A DNA stretch of 64,000 nucleotides from Pseudomonadota bacterium (lineage in GTDB: Bacteria; Campylobacterota; Campylobacteria; Campylobacterales; Sulfurimonadaceae), in NCBI GenBank assembly GCA_043797085.1, contig JAZDQA010000009.1, positions 55,608 to 119,607 on the forward strand, written 5' to 3'. Each line of letters begins with the position of its first letter. The stretch's first letter is position 1. A program made the position numbers and the translations under genes. Under the pieces are notes generated by a model that was not told the DNA's origin, did no database searches, and saw only the letters and a list, made by a program, of their open reading frames with translations. Below are positions 11,114 to 21,820 of this stretch, piece after piece.

Positions 11114-11371
11114 TTATTCTTTCAAAGATAGTTGATTGCTGCAAGACGAGTACCCTATTGTCTCCCAGATATGGCGGAGTTTTTGCGTGTAATATTGAAG
11201 TGCGGCATTGCGATTGAGTCGTTTGGGCTTGTCTTTGATGTGCAAAGTGGTTTTAAACTCTCCATTGACCATAGTAATACTGGCAATCTCATCACAGATA
11301 CATTCGCCCAATGTTCGCCCCTGAGGGGTTTCAATCCGTTGGTGTTTAGATAATTCCGCTCTCATGTCCAC
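11114..11371 (-). CDS. Hypothetical protein, 4 nt upstream of the SNF2 gene
   Basis: ORF co-oriented and tightly spaced with SNF2; no recognisable motif. Confidence 0.45.
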   Translation of the reverse strand: MDMRAELSKHQRIETPQGRTLGECICDEIASITMVNGEFKTTLHIKDKPKRLNRNAALQYYTQKLRHIWETIGYSSCSNQLSLKE

Positions 11372-11603
11372 TATTCCGCTTTAAACAAATTTCTCCACTA
11401 TCATACTAAAAAAAGTACGGTAGCAGTAAAAAATTTAATAATTATTTTTATTTTTAGAAGTTCTCTCTTTATCCACCGCTCTCGCATGTGCCACTAAGCC
11501 CGATTTTACGTTAAAAGTTTTCTTGAACGGGTAAATACTTTATTCTTACAAATAATGATAGTTAAACATAAAAAAAGTTTTTAGGGAGAAGTTTATGAAG
11601 AAA

Positions 11604-11679
11604 TGGTGGTCCCAACTGGACTCGAACCAGTGACCCCTACCTTGTCGAGGTAGTGCTCTACCAACTGAGCTATGAGACC
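11604..11679 (-). tRNA. tRNA-Val(GAC)
   Basis: Reverse complement GGTCTCATAGCTCAGTTGGTAGAGCACTACCTCGACAAGGTAGGGGTCACTGGTTCGAGTCCAGTTGGGACCACCA forms a 76-nt cloverleaf with encoded CCA. Confidence 0.95.
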
Positions 11680-11880
11680 ATGTAACAATTAAGGTCGAAA
11701 GTATAATGAATAAGAAGTTAAATATGACTTAAGTGTCCAATATTACACATCAAATGAGCAAACCTATTTGATGACAAGGACTCCTCCGGCTATATTACAC
11801 ATATAGCCTTTGGTTTCAAAGCTAAAAAATTCAAGCAGTTGAATTTTTCTGACGCTTTTCACCTTTGCAATCCCCTAAAG

Positions 11881-12318
11881 TTAGCAATATTTTGGTTTAT
11901 AATTCAAAATCAGCAACCAGACAACAGCAATATCAATCATCACATCGGCCGCATTAAACACCGCAAAATTAAATCCGCAGTGCCAATAAACATAATCAAC
12001 CACTCCGCCGTAGATAAAACGATCCGCAACATTGGATAAACCGGCCCCCACCATTATTCCCACCGGAATAAGGTAACATTTTTGTTTTAGCCAAAGGGTA
12101 TAGCCCACAACACCGGCCAAAAGAGCAAGCTGTATCCATTTTAGCGACTCTGCCAAAAAGGCAAACATCGAAAATGCAACTCCTTTGTTAAAGACCAAAA
12201 TCAAATCGATGCATTGCGTATAATAGCGAAAGCCCTCAACGAAAAGAGTCTTCAGCAATTGGTCGGCAACAAAAATTCCAAAAGCCACTGATACCAAAAG
12301 AAGAAAAGCCTTAGGCAT
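11881..12318 (-). CDS. lspA: Lipoprotein signal peptidase II
   Basis: [20 protein letters not shown] and FAVFNAAD motifs. Confidence 0.93.
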   Translation of the reverse strand: MPKAFLLLVSVAFGIFVADQLLKTLFVEGFRYYTQCIDLILVFNKGVAFSMFAFLAESLKWIQLALLAGVVGYTLWLKQKCYLIPVGIMVGAGLSNVADRFIYGGVVDYVYWHCGFNFAVFNAADVMIDIAVVWLLILNYKPKYC

Positions 12319-13651
12319 TCAATGCCTTTTCAAAAAACTCCACCATTCTCTCTATCTCTTTTTCCATTACTTTGGCATCTTTGCCTTCCATTAGAATACG
12401 GAGCTTATTTTCAGTCCCCGAGTAACGGATAAGATGTCGTATATGCTTAGCTTCCACTGCGGCAAGTTCTTCATCAAGTCCCTTGATTTTATCCAGTGGC
12501 TTTTTCACTTTTACTTTAATATTGACTAGTTTTTGCGGATAGAGTTTAAACGGACGAAGTACCTTGCTCGCTTTTTGCCCTGAAGTAATCAATAATGCCA
12601 AAATTTGAAGTGCACTCATTAATCCGTCGCCTGTTTTTGCGTAATCATGCATAATAATATGCCCGCTTTGCTCTCCGCCGAAATTGATTCCGTTTTCGCG
12701 CATCACTTCCAAAACATATTTGTCTCCGACATTGGAACGCAACAGCTTTAATCCGTTCTCCACCAAATTATCTTCCAATGCCTGATTGCTCATAACCGTG
12801 GCGACAATACCGCCTCCTTTGAGGTCACCGTTTTGATTCAAAAATAAGGCCAAGGCTCCCAAAATCTGATCACCGTCAACATCATCACCTTTTTCATCAA
12901 TAACAATAAGACGATCCGCATCACCATCCAATGCCAAACCAATATCCGCACGGTATTCTTTTACTGCATTACGGAGATCTTTGGTGTGCATTGCCCCACA
13001 CCCTTCATTGATATTAAGTCCGTTAGGTTTATCGTGCAAAACAATGACTTCAGCCCCAAGCTCTTCGAGAACAGTCGGTCCTACTTTATATCCTGCACCA
13101 TTCGCCGTATCCAAAACAATGCGTAAACCATGCAGTGTCAAATCACGTGAAAAAGAATTTTTAAGTTGAACGATATAACGCCCGACAACATCATCAATCC
13201 GCTTTGCCGAACCGATTTCCCGTCCGGTCACTTGCGCTTCATATATGGCTTCAGTATTGTTGGCAATAGCTTCGATTTGCGCTTCAATATCTTCGGAAAG
13301 CTTATTTCCATGAGCATCAAAAAATTTAATTCCATTGTCTTCGTACGGATTGTGACTCGCTGAAATCATAATTCCTGCATCACAACGCATATTTTCGGTC
13401 AAAAAAGCGATAGCAGGCGTCGGCATTGGACCGATTTGGACCACATCGTATCCCACGGCTGTCAAACCGCTTACAATTGCATTTTCAATCATGTAACCGC
13501 TTCTGCGCGTGTCTTTACCCACTAAAATTTTTTTGGTTATAGCCTTGTCTTTGAAATATACTCCTGCTGCCATTGCAACGCGCATCGCCAATCCGGCACT
13601 CAAAAAAGAGCCTGCTTCGCCGCGTACACCATCAGTTCCAAACAATTTCAT
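12311..13651 (-). CDS. glmM: Phosphoglucosamine mutase
   Basis: [34 protein letters not shown] motifs. Confidence 0.96.
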   Translation of the reverse strand: MKLFGTDGVRGEAGSFLSAGLAMRVAMAAGVYFKDKAITKKILVGKDTRRSGYMIENAIVSGLTAVGYDVVQIGPMPTPAIAFLTENMRCDAGIMISASHNPYEDNGIKFFDAHGNKLSEDIEAQIEAIANNTEAIYEAQVTGREIGSAKRIDDVVGRYIVQLKNSFSRDLTLHGLRIVLDTANGAGYKVGPTVLEELGAEVIVLHDKPNGLNINEGCGAMHTKDLRNAVKEYRADIGLALDGDADRLIVIDEKGDDVDGDQILGALALFLNQNGDLKGGGIVATVMSNQALEDNLVENGLKLLRSNVGDKYVLEVMRENGINFGGEQSGHIIMHDYAKTGDGLMSALQILALLITSGQKASKVLRPFKLYPQKLVNIKVKVKKPLDKIKGLDEELAAVEAKHIRHLIRYSGTENKLRILMEGKDAKVMEKEIERMVEFFEKALNA

Positions 13652-13745
13652 TGTAATTTCCCCCTACTGTATAAAATTTAACTTAATTTTAATTATCTTT
13701 AAGGTAGTATTCTACCCTAAAAAAAATTCGACAAGGATAAATGCC

Positions 13746-14012
13746 ATGGCAAACCATAAGTCAGCATTGAAACGTATCCGTCAGACGGAAAAACGCACTG
13801 AGCGTAACCGATTCTACCGTACGCGTGTAAAAAATATCGTTAAGGCCGTTCGTACTGCAGTTGATGCAGGGAACAAAGAAGAAGCGCAAGCAGCACTCGT
13901 TATTGCAAATGCAAACTTACACAAATACGTTAGCAAAGGTGTCTTGAAAAAAGAAACTGCTGCACGTAAAGTAAGCCGTCTTCACCTCGCTGTTAACAAA
14001 ATCGCAGCATAA
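13746..14012 (+). CDS. rpsT: 30S ribosomal protein S20
   Basis: [13 protein letters not shown]...AARKVSRL; true start ATG 13746 with AAGGA SD. Confidence 0.96.
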   Translation: MANHKSALKRIRQTEKRTERNRFYRTRVKNIVKAVRTAVDAGNKEEAQAALVIANANLHKYVSKGVLKKETAARKVSRLHLAVNKIAA

Positions 14013-14013
14013 G

Positions 14014-14033
14014 TTTTCCCCTTCGGGGCAAAA
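14014..14033 (+). terminator. Short C(UUCG)G hairpin after rpsT
   Basis: TTTTCCCC-TTCG-GGGCAAAA immediately after the stop codon. Confidence 0.45.
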
Positions 14034-14080
14034 TTTCTCCTTTTATATCTTTTTTAATGCCTTATTTATAGGAACCACTT

Positions 14081-15148
14081 ATGTTATCCGACAAACTCAT
14101 CCCTTTTATTAACCGCTACAATGAACTCACAACACTTTTAAGTTCACCTGACATCGGAAACGACATCAAACGAATGACCGATCTTTCCAAAGAACAATCC
14201 TCTATTGCTGCCATTTATACCAAAGCAACCGAATATAAAAAAGTATTGGAAGAGATTGAAGAGAACAAAGCTCTCGCTTTTGATGCAGAATTGGGTGAAC
14301 TTGCAAAAGAAGAACTCAAAATATTAGAGCCTCGAGTGGGTGAGCTCGAAGAAGAGATCAAAAAACTTCTTATTCCGACCGATCCTAACGACAAGCGTAA
14401 TATCTTTATTGAATTACGGGCTGGAACAGGCGGAGATGAAGCAGCGATTTTTGTCGGTGATTTATTTAATGCCTATGTTCGTTATGCGGATGTACGCGGA
14501 TGGAAAATCGAACTCATGAGCACCAGCCCCTCGGATGCCGGCGGATTTAAAGAAGTCATTGCGCTTATTAAAGGCGATCAAGTCTATTCACGCCTCAAAC
14601 ACGAAGCGGGTGTCCACCGTGTTCAGCGTGTCCCTGCTACGGAGTCTCAGGGACGTGTTCATACTTCAGCAATTACCGTTGCCGTTATGCCGGAAGTGGA
14701 TGACGTAGAAGTTATCATTAATGAAAGTGACCTCAAGATCGACGTTATGCGCTCATCCGGCTGTGGCGGACAAAGTGTCAATACCACGGACTCTGCGGTA
14801 CGGATTACCCACCTTCCAACAGGTATCGTCGTCAACAACCAAGATCAAAAATCGCAGCACAAAAATAAAGATAAAGCGATGCAAATTCTGAAAGCCCGTA
14901 TTTATGATATGCAAATGCATGAAGCGAAAGAAAAAGAGATGAATGAGCGGAAAGATCAAGTGGGAACGGGTGACCGTAGTGGACGTATCCGTACCTACAA
15001 CTACCCTCAAAACCGCATCTCCGATCACCGTATTACGCTGACTCTTTATAGACTCGAAGAGATTATGCAAGGGGGATTGATGGACGATATTATCGAGCCT
15101 TTGATCGCTGATATGCAATCGAAACTGATGGAGAGAAACGGGTTATAA
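14081..15148 (+). CDS. prfA: Peptide chain release factor 1
   Basis: PAT anticodon-mimic motif, [14 protein letters not shown]. Confidence 0.96.
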   Translation: MLSDKLIPFINRYNELTTLLSSPDIGNDIKRMTDLSKEQSSIAAIYTKATEYKKVLEEIEENKALAFDAELGELAKEELKILEPRVGELEEEIKKLLIPTDPNDKRNIFIELRAGTGGDEAAIFVGDLFNAYVRYADVRGWKIELMSTSPSDAGGFKEVIALIKGDQVYSRLKHEAGVHRVQRVPATESQGRVHTSAITVAVMPEVDDVEVIINESDLKIDVMRSSGCGGQSVNTTDSAVRITHLPTGIVVNNQDQKSQHKNKDKAMQILKARIYDMQMHEAKEKEMNERKDQVGTGDRSGRIRTYNYPQNRISDHRITLTLYRLEEIMQGGLMDDIIEPLIADMQSKLMERNGL

Positions 15149-15150
15149 AC

Positions 15151-15900
15151 CTATTCTCTCCAAAATGTCTCAAATATTCCTCTTACTTCACCTTTAAAAG
15201 TAATCGTTCCCTCGTCTAATCCGAGATAAAGTGTTTCACCGCTTTTGGGATAGACACGAGCATTATCGGCGACAGAATTTTCAATCGAAGCACGATAAAA
15301 ACACGCAGCCATCCCCGTTCCGCACGCCAATGTTTCATCTTCTACTCCACGCTCATAGGTACGCACATGAATTGCCCCATTGCTTTCGATATGGGCTATA
15401 TTGACATTTGCATTGTATTTGTGACGAAGGGTACGCGCCATTTCTATGTCAAAGTTTCCCATATCGGCATCAAAGGTGACGAGATGAGGAACACCGGTGT
15501 CGATAAGCCACCATCGCATCTCATACTCAACAATCTCATCGTTAATGACAAAGGGAGGTGTTAAATCACTTTGAACCATATCATCCTCAACACTTGCTTT
15601 TATCACTCCGGCACCGGTTAAAAATTCCATGTTAGCCTCTGCTAATCCAAAACGATAAGCATAGTGGGCACACGCACGGCTTCCGTTTCCGCACATTGAG
15701 GCGGTGGAGCCGTCTGCATTGTAAAACTCCCATTCAAAATCATACGTTTCATGAGGAAGCAAAACGATCAATCCATCTGCACCGATTCCATTTTGACGGT
15801 CACAAAGAATCCGTGCAAGTCCGGAACGATCTGCTCCGTTAAGGGTGTGAAAAATGACAAAATCATTACCGCTTGCGCAGTATTTAGCGATTTGGAGCAT
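15151..15900 (-). CDS. dapF: Diaminopimelate epimerase
   Basis: GNDF, GIGADG, MCGNG, ERGV..ETLACGTG motifs. Confidence 0.95.
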   Translation of the reverse strand: MLQIAKYCASGNDFVIFHTLNGADRSGLARILCDRQNGIGADGLIVLLPHETYDFEWEFYNADGSTASMCGNGSRACAHYAYRFGLAEANMEFLTGAGVIKASVEDDMVQSDLTPPFVINDEIVEYEMRWWLIDTGVPHLVTFDADMGNFDIEMARTLRHKYNANVNIAHIESNGAIHVRTYERGVEDETLACGTGMAACFYRASIENSVADNARVYPKSGETLYLGLDEGTITFKGEVRGIFETFWRE

Positions 15901-15927
15901 GGATGTCCTTGCAATAAAAGTAAGTGA

Positions 15928-16533
15928 TTATACCTTAGGGGCGGGGTAGAGTTCTTTAATTGCTTCAACAAACTGTTCACATTGTGCTTGAAGATGTTTA
16001 AGATTAGAAGAATTATCGATTACCCACGTTGCACGAGATCGTTTGTCTTCGATGTCCATTTGGGTTTCGATACGGCGAAGCGATTCTTCTTGCGTGAAGC
16101 CGTTACGTTTCATAAATCGCTCTAATTGAAGTTCTTTGGGAGTGTAAACAACCACCGAATTTTTAATCGGATATGAGGAGGTTTCAAAAAAGAGAGGGAT
16201 GTCGATAAGATAGGGATATTTTAGAAGGTCTTGTTTTTCACTTGCTTCTTCGATAGCAGCACGAATTTTCGGGTGCAAAAAAGCTTCGAGCTCTTTTTTT
16301 GCTTTTGGATCGGAAAAGATTATTTTTCCCAATTCGGGACGATTAACTTTATTCCCATGAACATACTGTTCTCCAAAATGTTCACGTATCCAAGAAGCAT
16401 TTTCATCTAAAAGTCGGTGAGAAATAGCGTCTGCATCAATGATACGCAAACCATTAAGTCCCAAAAGAGAGGCAACGGTGCTTTTACCTGTTGCAATCCC
16501 TCCCGTTAATGCAATAGCGTATTGATACGCCAT
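15928..16533 (-). CDS. coaE: Dephospho-CoA kinase
   Basis: LTGGIATGKST, DAD, HPKI and IPLFFE motifs. Confidence 0.94.
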   Translation of the reverse strand: MAYQYAIALTGGIATGKSTVASLLGLNGLRIIDADAISHRLLDENASWIREHFGEQYVHGNKVNRPELGKIIFSDPKAKKELEAFLHPKIRAAIEEASEKQDLLKYPYLIDIPLFFETSSYPIKNSVVVYTPKELQLERFMKRNGFTQEESLRRIETQMDIEDKRSRATWVIDNSSNLKHLQAQCEQFVEAIKELYPAPKV

Positions 16534-17087
16534 TAGTTACGGATAATGCCCAGGTAATTTTTACGAATGTACTGAGGCATTGCAAATACTCCTATATGAA
16601 CATCACAGTTATAAAACTGATGACCTTCGAGCAAATCACTGCGCTGTAAAATAATATCCGCGGTCGGATGGTACTCTTTTGAACAAATCAACAGCGTCGA
16701 TCCGTCCCCCGCGTAATACGGCATAATAATTTTGAAATAATTTCCCAGAATTTGCATCAAACTCGTATTTGCTTCCACATTATCCAAAGAAGGATGCTGC
16801 ATAACGACTAATCCATCCTCTTTTAATATACGGTTGATATGTGCAATAACCGCGCTGTCATCGGTTGCCGTGTCCAATAAAAGTACATCAGCACTTTTAT
16901 CTTCCACATTGCGAAATGACTCAAGAAGATTTGCGCCATCAACGCTCATTACACTAGACTCACGATAACGATTAAGTTCGCCTATGAGTAATTCACGATT
17001 ATCACTTGCAAGCAATACGGATCTTGGCAGTTTATGTGTGCACATAGCAACGTGCACCATCATTTCAGGATAAATAAATGTTTTCAT
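16533..17087 (-). CDS. Spermidine synthase-like protein (short epsilonproteobacterial form)
   Basis: YPEMMVHV, SKEYHPTAD, YNCDVH..FAMP resemble SpeE; lies upstream of coaE-dapF. Confidence 0.7.
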   Translation of the reverse strand: MKTFIYPEMMVHVAMCTHKLPRSVLLASDNRELLIGELNRYRESSVMSVDGANLLESFRNVEDKSADVLLLDTATDDSAVIAHINRILKEDGLVVMQHPSLDNVEANTSLMQILGNYFKIIMPYYAGDGSTLLICSKEYHPTADIILQRSDLLEGHQFYNCDVHIGVFAMPQYIRKNYLGIIRN

Positions 17088-17244
17088 TGGCTTTAAACTC
17101 TTCAGGATTAATTTTGAGCGATTGTAACACGTAGAGATTAAACCTCATTGAAAGAGTCAATAAAGGGTTTATCTTACAGATGAAATCAAAACTATATACA
17201 CTATAATTCTATCAAATTTTTATTATAAGTCAGGAAATACAAAT

Positions 17245-17445
17245 ATGTGTGCAGAAAAAATACAACGCCTTTTAATGGCAATCGTTTTAACCCTTTCTAT
17301 GGTGCTCTTTGCTCAAGGCTTTACCCTTTATGGGATGATCCTTCAAGGATTCGTCATTTTGATGATTTTGGTATGGGCATTCGCAGATTTTTGTCCGTCT
17401 TTATGGATATTTGGCAAGCTCTTTGGAAAGTGTCCTACTAAATAA
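17245..17445 (+). CDS. Small membrane protein (DUF2892/YgaP-like)
   Basis: Two TM segments and an FCP motif; AGGA SD. Confidence 0.65.
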   Translation: MCAEKIQRLLMAIVLTLSMVLFAQGFTLYGMILQGFVILMILVWAFADFCPSLWIFGKLFGKCPTK

Positions 17446-17504
17446 ACTTCTACTAACGTCCACTTTGCTATAATTTCACCACTAAAACAGGTGGAGAATC
17501 TCAA

Positions 17505-18500
17505 ATGAGCCAAATCAGCTATAAAGATGCCGGTGTCGATATTGACGCAGGCAACAGTTTCGTCGAAAACATCAAACCGCTTGTCAAATCGACTAGAATT
17601 CCGGGTGTACTGGGTGGAATCGGCTCATTTGCGGGAGCATTTGAACTTCCTGCTGGATACCGCGAACCCGTTATGCTTGCCGCAACCGATGGGGTAGGTA
17701 CAAAACTCAAACTCGCGATCGATTCAGGTATTCATAACACCGTAGGAATCGATTTAGTCGCAATGTGCGTTAATGACCTCATCTGTAACTTCGGAACTCC
17801 TTCCTTTTTTCTCGATTATTATGCAACGGGCAAGCTCGATGTTAAAGCTGCAACAGCGGTTGTAAGTGGTATTGCGGAGGGTTGTATTCAGGCCGAATGC
17901 GCTCTCATCGGCGGTGAAACAGCCGAAATGCCGGGAATGTACCATAGCGATGATTACGATTTAGCAGGGTTTGCCGTCGGGATCGGTGAAAAAAGTGAAC
18001 TTGACCGCTCTAATAAAGTCCAAGCAGGAGATATTCTTATTGCATTGCCAAGCTCCGGATTGCACTCAAACGGATTTTCGCTAGCACGCAAAGTACTCTT
18101 TGAAAAAATGGGGATGAAATTCGAAGATGAGTTCGAAGGGAAACCTCTTATCGACACACTTTTAACACCAACTCGTATCTACGTGAAAACATTCAAAGCG
18201 CTCAAAGATAAAATCCAAGCGTTAGCACACATCACAGGCGGTGGAATCGTTGAAAACTTCCCGCGTGTACTCCCTGATGGACTACGTGCGATTATCACAG
18301 AATCTTCTATCCGCGTACTTCCTATTTTCGAGCTGATCGGTCAACATGTAGAGCGCTCAGAAATGTTCCGTGCATTCAATATGGGTGTCGGGATGATTCT
18401 CGTAGTGAAATCCGAAAATGTAGAAGATGTTTTGAGTGCAACCGATGGGTATGTTATCGGGCATCTCGAAGCAGGTGTCAAAGAGGCTGTTTTAGTATAA
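17505..18500 (+). CDS. purM: Phosphoribosylformylglycinamidine cyclo-ligase
   Basis: YKDAGVDI, TDGVGTK, GGETAEMPG, SSGLHSNGFSL, HITGGG motifs. Confidence 0.97.
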   Translation: MSQISYKDAGVDIDAGNSFVENIKPLVKSTRIPGVLGGIGSFAGAFELPAGYREPVMLAATDGVGTKLKLAIDSGIHNTVGIDLVAMCVNDLICNFGTPSFFLDYYATGKLDVKAATAVVSGIAEGCIQAECALIGGETAEMPGMYHSDDYDLAGFAVGIGEKSELDRSNKVQAGDILIALPSSGLHSNGFSLARKVLFEKMGMKFEDEFEGKPLIDTLLTPTRIYVKTFKALKDKIQALAHITGGGIVENFPRVLPDGLRAIITESSIRVLPIFELIGQHVERSEMFRAFNMGVGMILVVKSENVEDVLSATDGYVIGHLEAGVKEAVLV

Positions 18501-18549
18501 ATGGCGAAGCTAAAAAGCATCGCCATAAGGTAGGATTAAAATCCTACCT
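18501..18549. terminator. Two hairpins between convergent purM and ccoG
   Basis: ATGGCGAAGCT-AAA-AAGCATCGCCAT and AGGTAGGATT-AA-AATCCTACCT. Confidence 0.6.
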
Positions 18550-18562
18550 CCAATGCGTATTC

Positions 18563-20005
18563 TTATTTTACCAAATCCGCACGAGGGAAAGTAAAGGTAG
18601 ATTCGCGAAGAACCATCACTTTTTCTTTATCATCCATTGCATACGCTTTAATCGTAATAGGAATAACCGTATCTTTACGACTGTCATTAACAAGCATCTC
18701 ATCCGCATAGAGAACAATCACTTTTTTCTTAACAACGCCCGGTTTGACTTTAAACGGCTCAGTAGGTGTCCCTATTTTGATTTTACCTTCCATACCTTTT
18801 GGTGTAATGACATCAAAGTAGTAACTGTGATCTTCATTGAGCGTATTTTGCAGCAAGAACGTATAGGCGTTATCAACCCGTACTTTCCCCTCATCGGTGT
18901 GATTAATTGCATACAGACGGTTCTCTTTGTTAATGTTCAAAAGCATATACTCTTTTTCACTTCCCATCATCCCCAAAATAATACTGACAACAATCAAGAT
19001 TCCAATGTAACCCAAAATTTTAGGACGGAAATAGTGTGTTTTCCCCTTCATAAAGAGAGTTTCTTTTTCACTCGACCACTCAACCAATGATGGCTTACCA
19101 AGTTTACCCATAACCTCTGTACATGCATCAACACACTCTAAACAGTTGATACACTCAAGCTGCAACCCTTTACGAATATCAATGTGAGTAGGACATACCG
19201 TAACACAGCTCTCACAGGTAGTACACTCTGCATTCGTATTCACACTCAATAAATCTTTTTGCTTAGTATACAACTTCTCTTTTTGCTCATTATAAATCTC
19301 ACCGCCACGATTCGGATTATAAATCGCCATGATAGTATCATCATCATAGAGAACCGATTGAATACGGGAATAAGGGCATACATAGACACAAAAATTTTCT
19401 TGCAAGAAAATGACATCATAAACCAAGAAAGCAACAATACCGAGGATTGCACCTATAAGAACCAAATGCTCATTAGGATTTTGGATGTACGCCAAGAAAT
19501 CTTCAGGAGGTACAAAATACCACATCAAATCTGCCGCAGCAATAAACGACAATCCCGTCCAAATTAAAATTGCGACCAAACGCTTAATCTTATTTTCTGC
19601 TTTTGAATAATCAGGTTCTTGCTGCTTATTTTTAATACGTTTGCGTAATCCCAAGAGCTTCGTCTCGATCAAGTCACGATAAACAACCCTGAAAATAGTT
19701 TGAGGGCATATCCATCCGCAGAAAACACGACCACCCAAGACAGTAATACCAAAAACGCCTATAAACAAGAACATCAATAGAAACGGCATCAAATAAAGTT
19801 CTTGCATATCAAACTGAATAAACATTAGGTGGAGTTTTAACTTATCAAAACTCAACAAGAAGAGATGATTCCCATCAATGCGTATCCACGGAATTATCAA
19901 TGACAAAATGGTCACAAATCCATAAAACCAATATCGTTTAATTCTCCATGGAACCCATTTGTCTAAATAAGCTTTTCCTTTTAGGGATACTTCTTCTACA
20001 CTCAT
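18563..20005 (-). CDS. ccoG: Cytochrome c oxidase accessory protein CcoG (FixG/RdxA family)
   Basis: GRVFCGWICPQT, FCVYVCPY, two CxxCxxCxxxC(P) ferredoxin motifs, DIRKGLQLEC. Confidence 0.94.
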   Translation of the reverse strand: MSVEEVSLKGKAYLDKWVPWRIKRYWFYGFVTILSLIIPWIRIDGNHLFLLSFDKLKLHLMFIQFDMQELYLMPFLLMFLFIGVFGITVLGGRVFCGWICPQTIFRVVYRDLIETKLLGLRKRIKNKQQEPDYSKAENKIKRLVAILIWTGLSFIAAADLMWYFVPPEDFLAYIQNPNEHLVLIGAILGIVAFLVYDVIFLQENFCVYVCPYSRIQSVLYDDDTIMAIYNPNRGGEIYNEQKEKLYTKQKDLLSVNTNAECTTCESCVTVCPTHIDIRKGLQLECINCLECVDACTEVMGKLGKPSLVEWSSEKETLFMKGKTHYFRPKILGYIGILIVVSIILGMMGSEKEYMLLNINKENRLYAINHTDEGKVRVDNAYTFLLQNTLNEDHSYYFDVITPKGMEGKIKIGTPTEPFKVKPGVVKKKVIVLYADEMLVNDSRKDTVIPITIKAYAMDDKEKVMVLRESTFTFPRADLVK

Positions 20006-20664
20006 TCGATCTCCTTTTTAATTACTTCAACGCTTGGACATTGAATAGTTTCTATCATAATCGCTCGTGCATCTGACTCGTTATTTGAGAGAACAACTCC
20101 CCCAACCAAGGCTTTTAACTCTCGCGATTCGACATAATCTTTTAATGAGCTGCGACTCACTTTCATTTGGCGCGCTATTTCACTGACGCTATTGCCCTGC
20201 TTTAACAGAGAAATAATTTGATCTAACTTTAAATCAAATTTTGATACCGATTTAGACCCGCGCGGTCGTCCAATCCCTTTTTTGTCATCATTTTGTACCA
20301 TTTGACGAAGCTGGTCAATAAGTCCTAAAACGACCATTATATCACTCTGTGCGTTGATTATAATCCCTTGTTTTACACAATGAATCGTATTGCCATTTTT
20401 AAGAAGACAACTCATAACCTGCACCACATCTTCGATATTAACGCTCAGTACCCACACGTCATAAATCAATAATGTATCTGCTCTTAAAGAACGAAAGAGC
20501 TCAACGACACTGCTTCGATCACTTATCCGTTTATTTTGGGAAATCTGATCAATCAGTTCTTTATCGATGGGAAGTTTCATCTGATCGCTATAAGCATTAA
20601 TCAATTTTAATTGCTCATAAACATTATCAAAATCTTTGTCAGGACGGATATAGCTCACAATCAT
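20002..20664 (-). CDS. Serine-recombinase (resolvase)-like protein with C-terminal HTH; catalytic residues degenerate
   Basis: Resolvase-fold pattern (SYIR.., D.LLIY), GRPRGS linker and HTH (SVSEIARQMKVSRSSL). YxRVS appears as YIRPD. Start ATG 20664 (GAGGA SD); ATGA overlap with ccoG. Confidence 0.75.
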   Translation of the reverse strand: MIVSYIRPDKDFDNVYEQLKLINAYSDQMKLPIDKELIDQISQNKRISDRSSVVELFRSLRADTLLIYDVWVLSVNIEDVVQVMSCLLKNGNTIHCVKQGIIINAQSDIMVVLGLIDQLRQMVQNDDKKGIGRPRGSKSVSKFDLKLDQIISLLKQGNSVSEIARQMKVSRSSLKDYVESRELKALVGGVVLSNNESDARAIMIETIQCPSVEVIKKEIE

Positions 20665-20743
20665 TGCGGTTAAATTCCTCTCAAAGTTGAATTTAATCGT
20701 CATAATAACCTATTTCGACGGCTTAAGTCAATAAAGAATCTAT

Positions 20744-21538
20744 TTATTTCGTCACAATCGTATCACTCAAGAGTACGACTTCGCATTGCAGCTCAATTTC
20801 AAACTGTTCAAACACCTGTTTTTGAGCCTCTTTTATTAGAAAAAGGGCATCTTCATACTCTCCTCCACCATAGTTGACGAGAAAATTAGCATGAACATCA
20901 CTAAACGCCATCGCACCCACCCGTTTTCCTTTTAATCCTACTGCCTCAATAAGCCGTCCCGCATAATCATTCGGGGGATTTTTAAAACAACTTCCTGCAC
21001 TGGGAACATTAGGCTGATTGGAACGCATTTGGGCAAACATTTCCAATCGTTCATGTGAAAATCCTTCTTCAAGCTCAAAAGCCGCCTCAAAAACGACTTC
21101 ATTGATCGAAGTTTTTCGATAGCCAAACTCTATTTCATTTTTTTGTTTCCATCCGCTTTGAGTACGAATTGCAATCAAATGATTGAAAATCTCATACTCT
21201 TTGAGTCCCGCATTCATTTTTAACATTCCACCTAATGTTCCGGGAAGTTTTGAAAGATATTCAAAATGAGCAATATTATTTTTTTTGCAAAACGACACAA
21301 CACGCCCCCCGGGAGTTGCCGCACCGACAATCAGACGATTCTCCTCAAGACGGATAAAATCATACTGCTTTGAAAGCATCATAAGCGGTGGAGGAGTGGG
21401 TGAAACGAGGAGGTTATTGGCACTTCCGACAATAACGCAACCTTCGGGAACATTATCATCTTCGATAAGCGTTACATCGACAACAGGACCGATACGCATA
21501 GAACTAAACTTGGAGAAATCAATGGTTTTAGAAGTCAT
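20744..21538 (-). CDS. murB: UDP-N-acetylmuramate dehydrogenase
   Basis: PGTLGG..KMNAG, FGYR, QP..PSAGSCFKNP, HANFLVN motifs. Confidence 0.95.
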   Translation of the reverse strand: MTSKTIDFSKFSSMRIGPVVDVTLIEDDNVPEGCVIVGSANNLLVSPTPPPLMMLSKQYDFIRLEENRLIVGAATPGGRVVSFCKKNNIAHFEYLSKLPGTLGGMLKMNAGLKEYEIFNHLIAIRTQSGWKQKNEIEFGYRKTSINEVVFEAAFELEEGFSHERLEMFAQMRSNQPNVPSAGSCFKNPPNDYAGRLIEAVGLKGKRVGAMAFSDVHANFLVNYGGGEYEDALFLIKEAQKQVFEQFEIELQCEVVLLSDTIVTK

Positions 21539-21804
21539 TGCATAAACGTCGGAATCAGATTAAACATCCGAATGGTGAAATCTTGCATCTCATTCATCAT
21601 CCACGGCATGGTTAAAATAATGACAACAATAATTCCTACAATCTTAGGAATAAAGCTCAGTGTCATCTCATTTATTTGAGTGGTGGCTTGGAAAATACTC
21701 ACAGCAAGACCCAAAAACATCCCTACAAGCAATGCGGGAAGCGATAAAATTAACGCGATTTTAAACGTCTCAATACCAAGACCAATCAGCTCTTCTTGCA
21801 TCAT
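21535..21804 (-). CDS. fliQ: Flagellar biosynthesis protein FliQ
   Basis: SIFQATTQINEMTLSFIPK motif. Confidence 0.96.
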   Translation of the reverse strand: MMQEELIGLGIETFKIALILSLPALLVGMFLGLAVSIFQATTQINEMTLSFIPKIVGIIVVIILTMPWMMNEMQDFTIRMFNLIPTFMQ

Positions 21805-21820
21805 ATTAAACTCCTAACGT

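Noticed and set aside
1..11603. Integrative island at tRNA-Val
   Set aside because: No integrase and no duplicated tRNA-Val 3' end seen in the window; treated only as an accessory-looking region.
13509..13745. N-terminal extension of the 167-aa ORF containing rpsT
   Set aside because: It overlaps glmM antisense; S20 starts at ATG 13746 with a proper SD.
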